Shown piece after piece: positions 1 through 13,506 of a DNA stretch of 64,000 nucleotides. The stretch is from Octopus vulgaris. Lineage: Eukaryota. Numbering within the stretch: position 1 is the first letter of the stretch; the number at the start of each line of letters is the position of its first letter. Both the position numbers and the translations under genes were made by a program. Below the pieces are notes generated by a model that saw only the letters and a list, made by a program, of their open reading frames with translations, was not told the DNA's origin and did not search any database. The DNA is taken from positions 69,564,001-69,628,000 of the forward strand of contig OX597820.1 in the NCBI GenBank assembly GCA_951406725.2, read 5' to 3'.

Positions 1-93
1 AAAATCAAATGATGAAAAGGTTTTGAATGAAATGCAGTCACAATATTACGAGGAGCGGGAAATAATTTAGACACTAATATTAGAAACTCATAA

Positions 94-305
94 GGCGGCG
101 AGCTGGCAGAAACGTTAGCACGCCGGGCGAAATGCTTAGCAGTATTTGGTTTGTCGTTACGTTCGTAGTTCAAATTCCGCCGAGGTCGACTTTGCCTTTC
201 GTCCTTTCGGGGTCGTTAACTTAAGTACCAGTGGCGTACTGGGGTCGATCTAATCGACTGGACCCCTCCCTACAAATTTCGAGCCCTGTGCCTAGGGTAG
301 AAAAT
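94..305 (+). mobile_element. SINE family A copy (GGCGGCGAGCTGGCAGAA head; Meta-domain-like core)
   Basis: tRNA-like A/B-box head (GTTCAAATTCC) and core CCTTTCGGGGTCG..AAGTACCAG..CTGGGGTCGAT; near-identical copies at 23802-24015 (-) and 53419-53652 (+). Confidence 0.85.
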
Positions 306-631
306 AATATTAGACATTTATATGTGCTGCTAAGACCGTTATATTATGTAGAGTTGAGGACCACAATATACACGATGTATCGAATTATCTCTGATCTGAT
401 TTCATTTTCCCACTTGCCAATTTCATAATCACTAGAATTTTGATACCAATCTAAGAACTGGTTTATTTCTCTCTATATTTGAAACTTTGTAAGCTCATTT
501 GGTTGAAATATATTTTAGCTTTATTATAAAACAAGCTGTCTCCAGAGTCATACACATTTACAGGATTTCGTTATAACTCAGTATTACTACCAAGACTTTT
601 TTGAACCGATGATCTTTGTATCTCCTCTCTT

Positions 632-800
632 GTTGCATGGCATATCCATGCCGTTGACGAATCATGTCTTGTTCCTCCTCCATTTATGTCTGTCTCTCGC
701 AACATCACCGAAGTGTTTCTCTCTCCGGACCTTCATTTCTCGCTCCGAATATCTTGATTCTCTGCTTTCCTCTCGCTCTCCTTCGCACCAGCTCAGTCTA
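632..800 (-). mobile_element. Degenerate RTE-clade LINE 3' ORF fragment
   Basis: Reverse strand reads ...RRARGKQRIK...ARDRHKWR..., similar to the RTE C-terminus (GRR.RGR...A.DR..WR). Confidence 0.45.
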
Positions 801-1251
801 CACTATCTTTGTATACTAACATTAAAAAAGGAAAGGAGCGCATTTAGTCAACTATCATTGCAATTTATTGCTTGCAGTACAATATTTGCTCCTCTGTATT
901 TACTTGTTGCATATCGTTTCCACAAAGGTCAGCCGGATTCACCACCCTTCATCGTTTTGTACAATTAGGAAACAATATAAGTACTGGGGTCGATTCATTC
1001 GGCTAGAAATTCTGCAAGGCGGTGCCCCAGCATGACCGCAGACTAATGACTGAAACAAGTGAAAACAAAAAGAGAACGATAAGCTATATTATCACGAGGC
1101 CTTAATCCTTCACATTTGCAATCGACTTGCAGATGCAAATGATAAATATAAACCATATGTTTATAAGGATAAACCATAAACCAATGTGGCGTTAGAATCG
1201 CTTGTACTACAGAGCAAGCCATAGAAAGCAATTGTGCAGTCCTTTCTATTT

Positions 1252-1289
<38 letters not shown>

Positions 1290-1302
1290 GCAAATACATT
1301 AA

Positions 1303-1319
1303 TAGATAGACAGACAGAC

Positions 1320-1394
<75 letters not shown>

Positions 1395-1545
1395 CAGACA
1401 GAAAGATAGAAAAACGGATAGACAGACGGTCGGACGGACGGATGGATGGATGGTTGGATAGATACACAGATAAATAGACAGATAGTTGGATAGCTAGTTA
1501 GCTAGCTAGCTAGCTAGATAGATAGATAGATAGATAGATAGATAC

Positions 1546-1607
<62 letters not shown>

Positions 1608-1608
1608 T

Positions 1609-1687
<79 letters not shown>

Positions 1688-1690
1688 GGA
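1303..1690. repeat. Compound (GATA)n/(GACA)n/(GGAT)n microsatellite
   Basis: Directly visible tandem repeats; source of the YLSI-repeat ORFs. Confidence 0.95.
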
Positions 1691-2322
1691 TATAATAAAT
1701 TTATTCGTGTATATTGCGAGTAATTTAACACAGAGATCAGAGTAAAGTATGTGATGGATGTAGTACCATAATCAAGTCTTAAAAAGAAAAGTTTAGAAGA
1801 TAAAACACTTTACTCTTTTGATAAAGTAAAAAGAAAAATTTGGAGTCGCCTTAAGTTAATGATAGCATTTTCCTTGAGGAAATATCGTATATTTGTATAA
1901 AACTATGTTTATAGGATAATGTTGATGTTTTGTTGTTTTTACCAAGCAAATATGCTTCTACACAAAAATGGGTTTGTATTTCATTTAGTAACTCCGCGAT
2001 TCGGTCTCAGTGCAAGCCTCTGAATAAATATATCTATCACAACCTCGGTTCAGCCAAAATCTGTGAATGAAATTTGCTAGGCAGGTGTTGTGTGGAGACC
2101 GATCGGGGGTGGGGACTGATACTTTTAGATCGTAGAATTAATTATTTGCTTTATTTCACAATGTTACTTCCCCCTTAGTGCTTGAACAGAGCTCATTTTG
2201 TTACAAGCATTAGAGCCTTATCTTTCAGAACCTGAATAGTGATGTGAATGCTGATCTTCTTCTGACTAAATTATGTAAAGAAATCAGGACTGTGTTCACT
2301 CTATATGCTTTTTTACCCAATT

Positions 2323-2730
2323 CTTACTTAAGCCTTACTGTCTACACGGGCATAGGATATCGAAGACTTTTCGCCACTCTTTTATTTACTTCTCTTGCGT
2401 TGTATAACGGCTGTTGCAGTTTTGACTTGCGAATTTTTGCTGCATCACGCCACATATTTCCATGAGGAAAAGCCTACCTCTCCCAAGTCCAGTTGCTTTT
2501 GAATTGTCATCGACTCTTGCATAACTTTACATTTTCTTATAAAAGGATTGGCCTTACGCAGACCCACTTTTAACTCTGAGAAGAGTGTTGGATGAGGTCG
2601 ATATTAGTCTGACCTCTATCATTTTACCTATCCAGCATGTGTGGCCCTTTCTAGAGCTTGCCTCCTGCTGGCATAACTCTCAGGGCCACTGAGACGAACA
2701 AAACACCTCATCGCAGCAAGCATTGGACAT
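2323..2730 (-). mobile_element. Non-autonomous RTE derivative (RTE 5' UTR joined to RTE-type 3' tail, Bov-A-like)
   Basis: Minus strand has an RTE/BovB-like 5' motif (CTCAGTGGCCCTGAGAGTTATGCCAGCAGGAG...AGGGCCAC..ATGCTGGATAGGT) and ends CCTATGCCC...AAGGCTTAAGTAAG. Confidence 0.55.
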
Positions 2731-4502
2731 TGTAACGGTATGTGCTTCCTTATTTTGGTTAAGCTTCCATATTGCTATATAGATGCATTTGAGAGGTCAA
2801 GGGAGCGAAGCAAATACATGCGCACATATGTGAGCGTGTGAATGTATACGTTCGTGCGTGTGTATGTGTGAGAGTGTTTTGTGTGTGTATGTGTGTGTGT
2901 GCATGTGCGTGTATGTTTGCGTGCACGTACTGTGTTTGAATATGAAATAGATGCTTTACATAGAAATAGTTGATTCTGTAATATAAATAACAGGAAATAT
3001 TCGACTTGAAAGCAAGCGTCCAGTGTTGAAGTATTCTTGAATCTGTAAAGTTATGTATTTAATTCCAGAAATAAATGATGAATAAATGTGACATTTTATT
3101 TTCTCTGTAATACACGTCCTCACTTTGGAAAATCACTGTCATCATACGTTGATTTCCATTATCTTAATTGGAATGTTGAGTAAGCATTGCCGCTGCCGCG
3201 CGTTTAGCGGTGTTGTAACACTCCTCCATTATCACTACTCTTCGCCAACATCACACAAAGACAGACACTCTCTCTATATATATAACCACGTTCTGTTAAG
3301 CTATTGGTCAGGGTATGAGGAGATATTTCTTCTCAGAAATTGATCGTTGTCATCAATTTCAAAAATTTCCTTTTTCCATTCGCTTGCACATAGAGTCTTC
3401 CAAGTCAATCCCCGTCACTGACATAGTGTTGATGCCAGCTGCCAATTCGAGTCAACGTTCTTCAATGTTGTAGGCCAATTTAATATGTCGGACAATTAAC
3501 AAGCTGAAAGCTATGCAGTGAGAATATCTAATGCATCTTACTATCTAATCAGAAACTTAATGACATAAGCAGCTGTTAACACTGACCCAACCCCGTCAGC
3601 ATCGCTATCAAATGAAATATAAAACAAACCTTCAAGTGAACTTAAATAACGGCCTTTAATATGGTGAAAAATAAAATGCATGCCATGTTCGAGCATTGCA
3701 AAGGCTGTAACCAATTGTCAGCATCAATATGATACAACATTTTGCGCTTGTATTTAATTCATAGCTTTTAACTGCTTCCTTTCAACTGCACAAACAACGT
3801 ATCACTAATGCTTTATGGGGTTTTGTGTCTCAGATGACACAACGCACGAACGACACTTCTGATGTTATGTTTGCGTAAATTTGAAGATTATCTGAGAGTT
3901 TTAATAAAAGCATAAAAGCATTCATCTATAATAGAAACATGGCGAAATCTATTTGGATTGGTTGATATGGTGGTTACGGAGGTTATTTCGAGAGAAAAAT
4001 TGATGGACAGGTAGATTTATAGCATGTAGCTATGTCGATATTGTGCGGTATGATTTAGACAGGCCGACAAATAGATATGTAAACGTACCTACAAACACCT
4101 ATGCATATATTATAGATGCATATATATATATATATATATATAAATATATATATGTATAAGTATATATATATGTATATAAATATAAATGTGCGTGTGTGTG
4201 TGTGTGTGCAGAAGACAAAGTTGTTGCCAAAGGGATATGATATGACATTCAAAGCCAGTCTAGATCGATTTGAAGCATCTGCCTCTTTGTTTTCGTTTAG
4301 GTAGAAAGGGTTTACGTCGCTGCTGATGTGAAAATTATTTGTGCTGGACAGTATCTTCTGGATTTTTACTAAGTGGCTCAGATCTCATCAAGCGTCCATT
4401 GTTTTATTGAATGAAAAAAATTGCATGTATGTATGAATGCATGTATATATGTATTATATTATGTATGTATGGATGGATAGATGTATGTATGTATGGATGA
4501 AT

Positions 4503-4622
4503 GTCATTATTGAGTTTTATTACAAGATTTCTTGTCAATAAAAAGCCAGTTTCTAACCTAGATCCAATGTTTCTTCATTGGAATTTCAACATCAACAACA
4601 GAGTATTTTTGTTTGTACGTAC

Positions 4623-4653
<31 letters not shown>

Positions 4654-5160
4654 TGTATGTATGTATGTATGTATATATGTATGTATGTATGTAATGAGCA
4701 GATTTGTGTGCTTTGTTTTATGTGTGTATTCTCATGCGTATAGTTGTATATCTAGACATGCTCATATATATTTAAATGATAAACTTCTGGAAAGTTTTAC
4801 AGATTTTTACAGTTCCAGTGATGGATTGAATGTGTAGTCTTCGAATTAGCTTTCTCCTTTCTGGTTTTGAGAAGTTTAATTTCTCAAGATTGGTATTTAG
4901 GTAGTGTGTTACATATTCCAAGGCCTCAATAATTACAGGTATAAACCTGATCTTGTAATCTAGTTAATGAGTAATTGCAGATTTCTCAATAGTTCAGCGT
5001 AGGTATCCTCTTTTACATTCATCGTCAGCTTTATGTTAACATCCACTGGGCAGTTAATTTCAACAACTGTACACAGTTTCTCTTCTCTCTCTCAAATCAT
5101 TATATCAGGTCTGTTGTGCTTACATTTTATTGAGGTTTTCACTGGGACATTCCCCCAGTA
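4503..5160 (-). mobile_element. R4/Dong-like RLE non-LTR retrotransposon, 5'-truncated 3' end (copy 1)
   Basis: Minus strand encodes KHNRPDI..W.....C..VEI.CP.DVNIKL...K...Y (PD-D/E-K restriction-like endonuclease) ending ...VKICKTF; paralogous to 40067-40830; flanked by (TATG)n on both sides. Confidence 0.8.
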
Positions 5161-5331
5161 TGTATGTATGTATGTATGTATGTATGTATGTATGTATGTA
5201 TGTATGTATGTATGTATGTATGTATGTATGTATGTATGTATGTATGTATGTATGTATGTATGTATGAATGTATGTACGTATGTATGTATGTATGTATTAT
5301 ATATGTATGAATGTATGTACGTATGTATGTA
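5158..5331. repeat. (TATG)n microsatellite
   Basis: Direct tandem repeat. Confidence 0.95.
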
Positions 5332-5673
5332 TTATTTCACTTTTTAATGCTATCGAGGTTGTGAAGATAAGTATGTTGTTTTAACCAAGCTCCTTATAAT
5401 CTTAAGAAGGCCCTGCAGAATTTTATAGTCGTCACAGATACGATGATCATTCGTAGCATATGAATTGAGGATCTGCATTCACTTCCCAAGATCTCAAGTT
5501 CAGCCATACTTTGCTCAACACGGGTTGGCATGTATCCTTTTGCCCCAATAATAATAGATATGAAGCTGGTATATATGTATGTATGTATGTGTATGTATGT
5601 ATGCCTGTGCGTGAATGCACGTGTGTGTCTGTGTGCGTGCGTGTATGTGTGAGTCCATAAAGATGGCTTTGTA

Positions 5674-6955
5674 TTAGGTTGGCAACTAAGTTCTCGCCAT
5701 TTTTAAATTTAAAATTTTAAAAGGTTTAATAAAAAAAATAACAACTAATTAATCAATAATGCATTCACGTTTATTGTTTACAGCTTCTTCCCAACGTTCA
5801 ACGAGATTTTCAATACTTCATTGGTAGAAATCATCCGATTTCGACTCGAAAAATTGATCCAACCAAGCTCTCAATTCTGCATCAGTATTGAACGAAACTC
5901 CGAGCGTTGCATTTGAAAGGGATCGAAGGAGGTGGAAATCCGTTGGTACCAAATCAGGAGAGTACGGCGGGTGTGGCAGCACTTCCCAGCCATGCGTTTG
6001 AATAGCTTCGTTGGTCATATTGGCGATATGAGGGCAGCGTTGTCGTGCAGCAGAAGAATTCCATGCTGCCGATTAGGACTTTTCTCTTGAATAGCCGTGT
6101 TGAGTTGTTCCATCTGTTGAACATAGAGTTCCGTGTTGACCATTTGGTTCCGTTCAAGCAATTCGTGATGGCTAATCCCTTCCCAGTCCCACCATATGCA
6201 CAACATTATTTTACGCGGATGAAGATCTTGTTTCACGCGCGGTGTCGCTTGTTTACAGGGGTTAAGCCATTCCTTACGCTGTTTCATATTGATGTTCAAA
6301 CACCATTTTTCGTCGCCAGCAACGATTCGGTAAAGAAATCGTTGTTTGTGTCCATGAGTCGAGCGCTAACGAGCAAGCAAACAAGCGGAGATTGTGGCTC
6401 GTTGATTTTTGTTGTTGTCACTTAAAGCCTGCGGAACCCATGCGCCATACTTCTGAACCTTTCCCCTCGTGTGAAGATGCTTCTCTATAGCAGTGTGGGA
6501 GCATTCCATTCTCTCTGCCAGTTGCCTTGTCGTCTGACGAGAATTTTCGTGCAAAAAGTTGGTTTAATCGCTTTTCATCGAACTCAACTGGACGGCTAGA
6601 ACGAGGTGCGTCTTTGAGGTTAAAATTTCCATTTTTGAACTTGGCATACCAATCACGAGCGGTTCTTTCAGCTATAGCACCCTCTCCATACACAGTACAA
6701 ATGTCGCGAGCAGCTTTTGCAGCCTTAGAACCTTGATTAAAAGCAAAAGGAAGGAGGTGTCGAAAATGCTCATTTACGTTAACTTCAAATTCCATTTTAA
6801 TGACCTGAAAATAAGCAAAAAATAACTAAAATTAAGTAGAGAAAAAAAAGACCAAAATGAATCAAAAATAGAATCCTCGAAAAAAATAGATTCCAAAATT
6901 TTAAAAAGTGCTAAATTCCAAAATTAAAAAAAAATGCGGGAACTTGCTAACCCAA
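5674..6955 (-). mobile_element. Full-length decayed mariner element, mellifera-subfamily-like
   Basis: TIRs TTAGGTTGGCAACTAAGTTCTCGC (5674) and TTGGGTTAGC--AAGTTCCCGC (rc, ending 6955); TA duplications at 5672-5673 and 6956-6957; about 1.28 kb; contains transposase. Confidence 0.93.
5749..6795 (-). pseudogene. Mariner DD34D transposase pseudogene (frameshifts and stops)
   Basis: Motifs EHFRHLL..., WVP, GDEKW, CIWWDWEG, HDNA, HPPYSPDLVPTD, ERWEE..N across several frames. Confidence 0.93.
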
Positions 6956-8219
6956 TACAAAGAAAGAAAGCCTAGTCGGAATGCTTGTTAAACAACGTAA
7001 CTAAATATGACTATTACCTCCCATATCAGACTTGTTTTTGTGCAATTGCCCATCAAATGGTTTCTTTTGAATTATATTTGTTGAAGGAAACATTTTCCTA
7101 TTTTTATGAGATACTACGCAATGGAAACGAACTTGGGTCCAAATTGTATTGTCGTTCAAACTTCTATGTTTTTTTTATGATAATGATCACTGTTATAAAT
7201 ATTCTGTGGAAATAGACAGGATTAGAGGAAAAATTAGGGACTGAAGGAAGGTGAAATAATCTATTAATGGCGATTATAAGAAGTGGTCTCTCTGTTTGGA
7301 CTTAATCTCCCAAAGAAAACGGTGAGAACTTTTCTCGAAATTTTCATTTCTGTACTTATACACACACACTGACACACACACACACTGACACACACACACA
7401 CGTACGTGCATGCATACTTACACACATACATGCATACATACATACATACATACATACATACATACATACATACATACATACATACATACAAGAGCTTTGT
7501 GACTATTGATGTATAACAACATTCGATATCCTGGTCGATACTGTGATATGCACACACAAATACCTATACATACACACTAACACACACGCGCTCACACGCA
7601 TATATGTATATACATGTGAGTTTTGGGAAAACAAATTTGTTCCGATTTATAGCAAGTTGAATATAAAAGAGGTTCATTTGAAATATGTAGTGTTATTCTG
7701 ATACAAATACATAAGCAAACCTATTGCATATTCTATAGGCTGAAAAGAAATTACACATCGCTTCAGGTGTCAATTAGCTTAAAAAGAAGAGAATTCTTCG
7801 TAAAGAAACAGTGGATAAGATGAAAATATATTCACATTTACGATTTGTAATGACTGACAATAATTCTCAATGGAACCAATTTGATTTCTTTAACAAAAAT
7901 GTTTATTGGAAATAAAAAATATTTTGAAACAATTCGTAGCTGTACCTTTAAGCTAAAGGAACGAAGTGAAGAAAATGATAAACGGTTTTTTTACTCCCTA
8001 CCTCTGTATCACTAAATTATTAACCAACATAGTAAACTGGCTGTATCATTAATAATGTGAAGTTGTTATATATAACTTCTAATGCAAACTTGCTTAATTT
8101 ATCAAGGTTTTCTTCGCTGCAACTAGTATTTCTAAATATATAAATACCAGCTCAGAGACAAACGCTCAGATAGAAATAATATCATAATATACATTTTTAT
8201 AATTAGTTAGCAATCAGTT

Positions 8220-8730
8220 GGTGAGCTGGCAGAATCGTTAGCACACTGGGAAAAATACTTGGCGGCATTTCGTTCTTCATTACGTTCTGAGTTCAAATTC
8301 CACCGATGTTGACTTTACCTTTCATCCTTTAATTATGTCCCTTTTACATTCTATGTTCAAATTTCGTCAAGGTCTCGTGTTTCCGAATCGATAAAATGAA
8401 ACTTATAATTAAGTACGGTAATGCGATTTAATCATTTAAATTCTTTCCTTGCTAATGTATTGCCGTTGTATGAATGTTAGAAATCAGTAATTAATTACCG
8501 AATTAGGCGGAGTGCCATTAGAATCGTTACCATGCTGGGCCAAATGCTGAGCAGCATTTCGTCTATCTTTACGTTCTGCGTTCATTTTTATCTCGAGCTC
8601 CGCTTTGCTTTTCATCCTTTCGGGTTTGACAAAACAAGTATCTGTTGCGGACTAGGGTCGAAGTAATCGACAAATCCCCCTTCCTCGAACTTACTAACTT
8701 TATACCAATAATTGCAACCATTAGTTAAGT
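8220..8730 (+). mobile_element. Two tandem degenerate SINE family A copies
   Basis: GGTGAGCTGGCAGAATCGTTAGC.. head at 8220 and a second head at about 8507, each with TTCATCCTTT core. Confidence 0.7.
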
Positions 8731-8849
8731 ACTGAATATTTAGCTTCTTGATCAAAAGTGAGTTATTACGAAAACATAAAAAGAAAGAGGTTTTTAGGGA
8801 GCAGGATTACAGAGAAAATGTTATTTATTATTAATATGTAATTGAAATA

Positions 8850-8995
8850 AAGTAGAAGTACAAAAAGATGCAAGACTTTTCAAAGTCTGACACGCAACAC
8901 TTATCTTTCGTGTTATCCAAATTTTGACGAAAGAGCTTTGGGATTTGTTTTATAGAAATCAGTTCTTTCATTTGTTGGGAGAATTCTCATAAAGA
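8850..8995 (+). mobile_element. Degenerate 3' end of the R4/Dong-like family
   Basis: KRCKTF ORF end, then a 3' UTR motif AAATTTTGACGAAAGAGC...GAAATCAGTTCTTTC aligning with the reverse complement of 40085-40155. Confidence 0.5.
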
Positions 8996-9168
8996 TTCCT
9001 TATCGTAGCAGAAGTCCGGTAGTTTTAATGGGAAGAGGGTTAGTCGATTACATCGACCCCAGTGCTTAGATGGTACACCTTCTCTTCAACTTACGACCAA
9101 GTTTCTTTCCGACTGACAGGTCGTAAATCGATCTGGTCGTATGTCGGATTTATATTATTCAACACTAG

Positions 9169-9530
9169 AACCACATGGTTCTAGGTTCAGTCCTACTGAG
9201 TGGTAACTTGGGCAAGTGTCTTCTTCTATAGCATTGTGAGTGGATTTGGTAGACGGAAACTGAAAGAAACCTGTCGTATATATGTATATATATGTATGTG
9301 TGTGTATATGTTTGTATGTCTGTGTTTGTCTCCCCTCCAACATCGCTTGACAATCGATGCTGGTGTGTTTACGCCTCCGTAACTTAGCGGTTCGGCGAAA
9401 AAAAAACGATAGAATAGGTACTAGGCTTACAAAGAATAAGTCCCGGGATCGATTTTCTCAACTAAAGGCGGTACTCCAGCCAAATGATTGAAACAAGTAA
9501 AAAAGTAAAAAAAAAAGAGTAAAACAGATT
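9169..9530 (+). mobile_element. SINE family B copy, 5'-truncated
   Basis: Matches 27407-27798 (GGTTCAGTCC..TTGGGCAAGTGTCTTC..GGATTTGGTAGACGGAAACTGAAAGAA, internal microsatellite, tail). Confidence 0.85.
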
Positions 9531-9919
9531 AAAAAAGAGTATATTTATTCAAACGAAACTGATGCTTGAAAGCGACTGAGTAAGATATAGTGGCAAGCAG
9601 TGGATGCTGGGGCTGAGGGAGGCCTGCTTTGTCAAATGCTGCTATAGTTATCGTACACGCAGGTACCCAACGTCCGAAAATCGATTTATTTATTTATTTT
9701 TGTATTCATTTATTCTTTGTGGCCGTAAGTGCAGATGGTTATCAGTCGCATAGGCCGTAAGTTGAGTAGATGGTGTACTTCTTGTATCGACACCGAAAGG
9801 ATGACTGTCGAATTTACACTCAAAACAGAAAGAGCGAGAAGAAGTGCCGCTACACATTTTGTGCGATGCGCTATGTATACGGCCGTCTCACCATCTTACG
9901 AATAGTTCTAATGAGGAGA

Positions 9920-10167
9920 TGACCCCCTTCGCTCATGAATATTCATGGGATTGAACCTAGAAAGTTACCCTCTCAGGCACGGTCCGGGTAAGTTTGTTTA
10001 TGGAAGGCCAGTGGTCGTTCATGCATACCAACCTCCCCTCTCCAAGCCACTGATGTTATCCAAGGGAAAGGCAAAGGCTGATACTGCTTGGCACCAGTGA
10101 TGTCGCAACTCATTTCTACAGCTGATGTAACTGGAACAACGTGAAATAAAGTGTCTTGCTGAAGAAC

Positions 10168-10172
<5 letters not shown>
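9920..10172 (-). mobile_element. SINE of a third family (5' head lost in TA repeat)
   Basis: Minus strand TGTGTTCTTCAGCAAGACACTTTATTTCAC SINE body start and a structured tail; unrelated to families A and B. Confidence 0.55.
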
Positions 10173-10256
<84 letters not shown>

Positions 10257-10271
10257 ATGTATATGTATATG

Positions 10272-10310
<39 letters not shown>

Positions 10311-10563
10311 ATACATACATTACACATGATATATATGTATGTACATGTATATATATATACAAATATATATATACATGCATAGGTACATATACATATATAT
10401 ATATATATGTATTTATATATACATATATTCATGCATATATATTCATACATATATATATATATACATACATAGGTACTTATATATATTGATACATGCATTA
10501 TATATATATATATGTATATATTTATATGTATATGTAAATATTTGTATATACATATATACATAC

Positions 10564-10604
<41 letters not shown>

Positions 10605-10637
10605 GGTATGTATATATATGTTTATGTATATGCATAC

Positions 10638-10794
10638 GTGGCTGTGTGGTAAGTAGCTTGCTAACCAACCACATATTTCCGGGTTCAGTCCCACTGCGTG
10701 GAAGCTTACGCAAGTGTCTGTCTTCTGCTATAGCCTCGGGCCGACCAAAGCCATGTGAGTGGATTTGGTAGACGGAAACTTAATGAAACCCGTC

Positions 10795-10860
<66 letters not shown>

Positions 10861-11065
10861 TTGTGTGTCTGTGTTTGTCCCCCTGCCCCAGCATCGCTTG
10901 ACAACCGATCCTGCTGTGTGTACTCCCCCGCAAACTAGCGGTTCGGCAATAATGACCGATAGCATAAGTACTAGCCTTACAACGAATAAGTCCTGGGATC
11001 GATTTGCTCGAGTAAAGGCGGTGCTCCAGCATGGCCGCAGACAACTGAGAGAAGCAATTAAAACA
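10638..11065 (+). mobile_element. SINE family B copy
   Basis: tRNA-like head GTGGCTGTGTGGTAAG..GGTTCAGTCCC; internal (TA)(TG)n; tail GGCGGTGCTCCAGCATGGCCGCAG. Confidence 0.9.
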
Positions 11066-11112
11066 CAAACGAATATACACATACATATATATATACATAA
11101 ATACATACATGC

Positions 11113-11174
<62 letters not shown>

Positions 11175-12620
11175 TATATATATATATATCATATTATATG
11201 CATATTTGAATGATTAGTTCTAATTCATAGTACGATCTATTGATGCATATTAACGTGCGGAAAGTACTACTTTGAACCCAGTCAATATAAAGAGCGACTT
11301 TATATGCAGTCATATAACACAAAACAAAAATGCATTTGTGCATATTAAACAAATCCATAAATAACGTCATGATCAATATCTACACTCTATGAATGACTGG
11401 ATGAAAGAAAAATGATTTTATCAACAAAAATAAATAGAATACCTCTTATACTGTATGAAAATCATAAACGCATAGTATGTATGATTTCACGTAAAACAGT
11501 CCACATTAGCAGAGCAAAATAATACAATAGAATTTGAATTTAAAAAGAGATATGCAACTTGTTTTGGTAGCACTTATTTAGGTAACCATATGTTACCCCC
11601 ACCCACCATCCACTAGCTTGATTCTCCTCCACATAAAACTTAATGTAAATAGATGTGTTGCTAAACAGTTCTATTACAAACAGGATAATAATATAAATGC
11701 AGGAAAGCTTTCTCTTAATCTAATTCATCACATCGTAAAGAACAACTCATAGCAGTGAAGATTAATTTCCTTTTTTTTTAATAAAAATAAACACTACAAC
11801 GAAAGAAGAACATGAAAAGAAAAAGAAGAATCTGTTATGTTTGTAACATTCCCCCACCCATCCCCTTCTATCGTGAGAGTCAGTTTTCATTTTTACTTTG
11901 GCTGTCTTTTAGAGCCTATTTTTTTTTATTTTATTTGATTTTTTAGACAATAGCGCCTGTAGTTGGATCACATTGCGACCTCGTTGTCATCGTTGACTTC
12001 ATAAGATTTGAAATGTCAGCAGAAAATTTAGAACCGTTAAGACAAGGCAGCCATCCTCTATATCCTCAGGGAATTTGCTTCAGGCTTGTGTTAATACTAT
12101 AGAACAACACTGCAAAAAGAAGAGGAAGAAGAAAGAGAGAAGAAAATGAAGAAAACGGTGAAGAAGAAGTAAAAGAAAAAGAGGAGGAGTGAGAAGAAAA
12201 AAATAAAGGCTCATTCCTTGAGTTTCTTCTGTAGGAAAACGGTTCGGTTAAGAGATCTGTGTGGTCTTACAAGTGTCTTCAGTAATTATCCTCCGACATG
12301 TTCCAAGCCGACGAGAGGTCGTGCTGCCGTTAACAGAATAGTGCAAGGAATTACTAGCCCGCCGGTAATCTTGCACTCAACGCTACCCATGTTCTTTTAT
12401 ATGCTGACATCAAATACTGTGAATAGACCAGCATTTTCTGAAATACCAAGCATTAGCTTTCATTAGTATTCATGAAATATGCAAATTACCACCTACTAAC
12501 AAATTCCACCAGTTCAATCATTTAAAAATTTTAAATATTTGTAAAAACAACAAAATTAAGAGGTAACAAAAAAATGCAATAATGTAATCTACTATTTAAG
12601 TACGATATTTAAGTACACAT

Positions 12621-12661
<41 letters not shown>

Positions 12662-12663
12662 GA

Positions 12664-12729
<66 letters not shown>

Positions 12730-13418
12730 ATGCACCTGCTTGTGAATAGATATGCGTGTGTATTTGTGTGTGTGCGCATGTGGTGTGGTGAGGATAATGT
12801 TTATGTAAAGAATTGCAATGAAAACACTGAGCGAGACAAAAAGGTAAATCCATAGAAAATTCTATGAAACTAGAAATTTATGCACAAGTTTTTTCTTTAT
12901 TTATTTGTCTCCCTTTTATATTTATGTCACACCGTGTTTATGAGGTTATTAAAATGTATTACGTTCTGTCTATATGCATATGTCGTTATAGTAAGTTGAA
13001 ATATATCGATCTTCTCTCGTTCTTTTTTTAGACATCCTTTTCTGTATCCATAAGCGGGAGTTTATAATGTAAGATATTTAGTGCGCGTAACATTGAAAAT
13101 TCGCTTTCTCCATTGCGCCCTATTCAGAGTGAGCTTAGCAGCTTTAGCAAAGCTAATGCTGTATCTGACTATGCCAACATTGGCTTCCGAAACATATGTA
13201 TTTTGTAAAGTATATCGATGCATACAATTATGCGTATCATTATTTATACAGCGGCATATTCACGTGTTTTGGTATATATATACAATGTTTTGTGATGTCT
13301 AGTGGAAAAAAATTAACGTAATATTATTAAGGAATCTTAATAATATTTATCACATAATTTTATTTAATATATATATTCCTCTTTTCATACATATTATATA
13401 CGCACAAACATACACATG

Positions 13419-13506
<88 letters not shown>

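Noticed and set aside
12340-12378. Hairpin as a pre-miRNA (TTGCACT resembles the miR-92 seed region)
   Set aside because: Stem is too short (about 15 bp) and the mature sequence is not recognised
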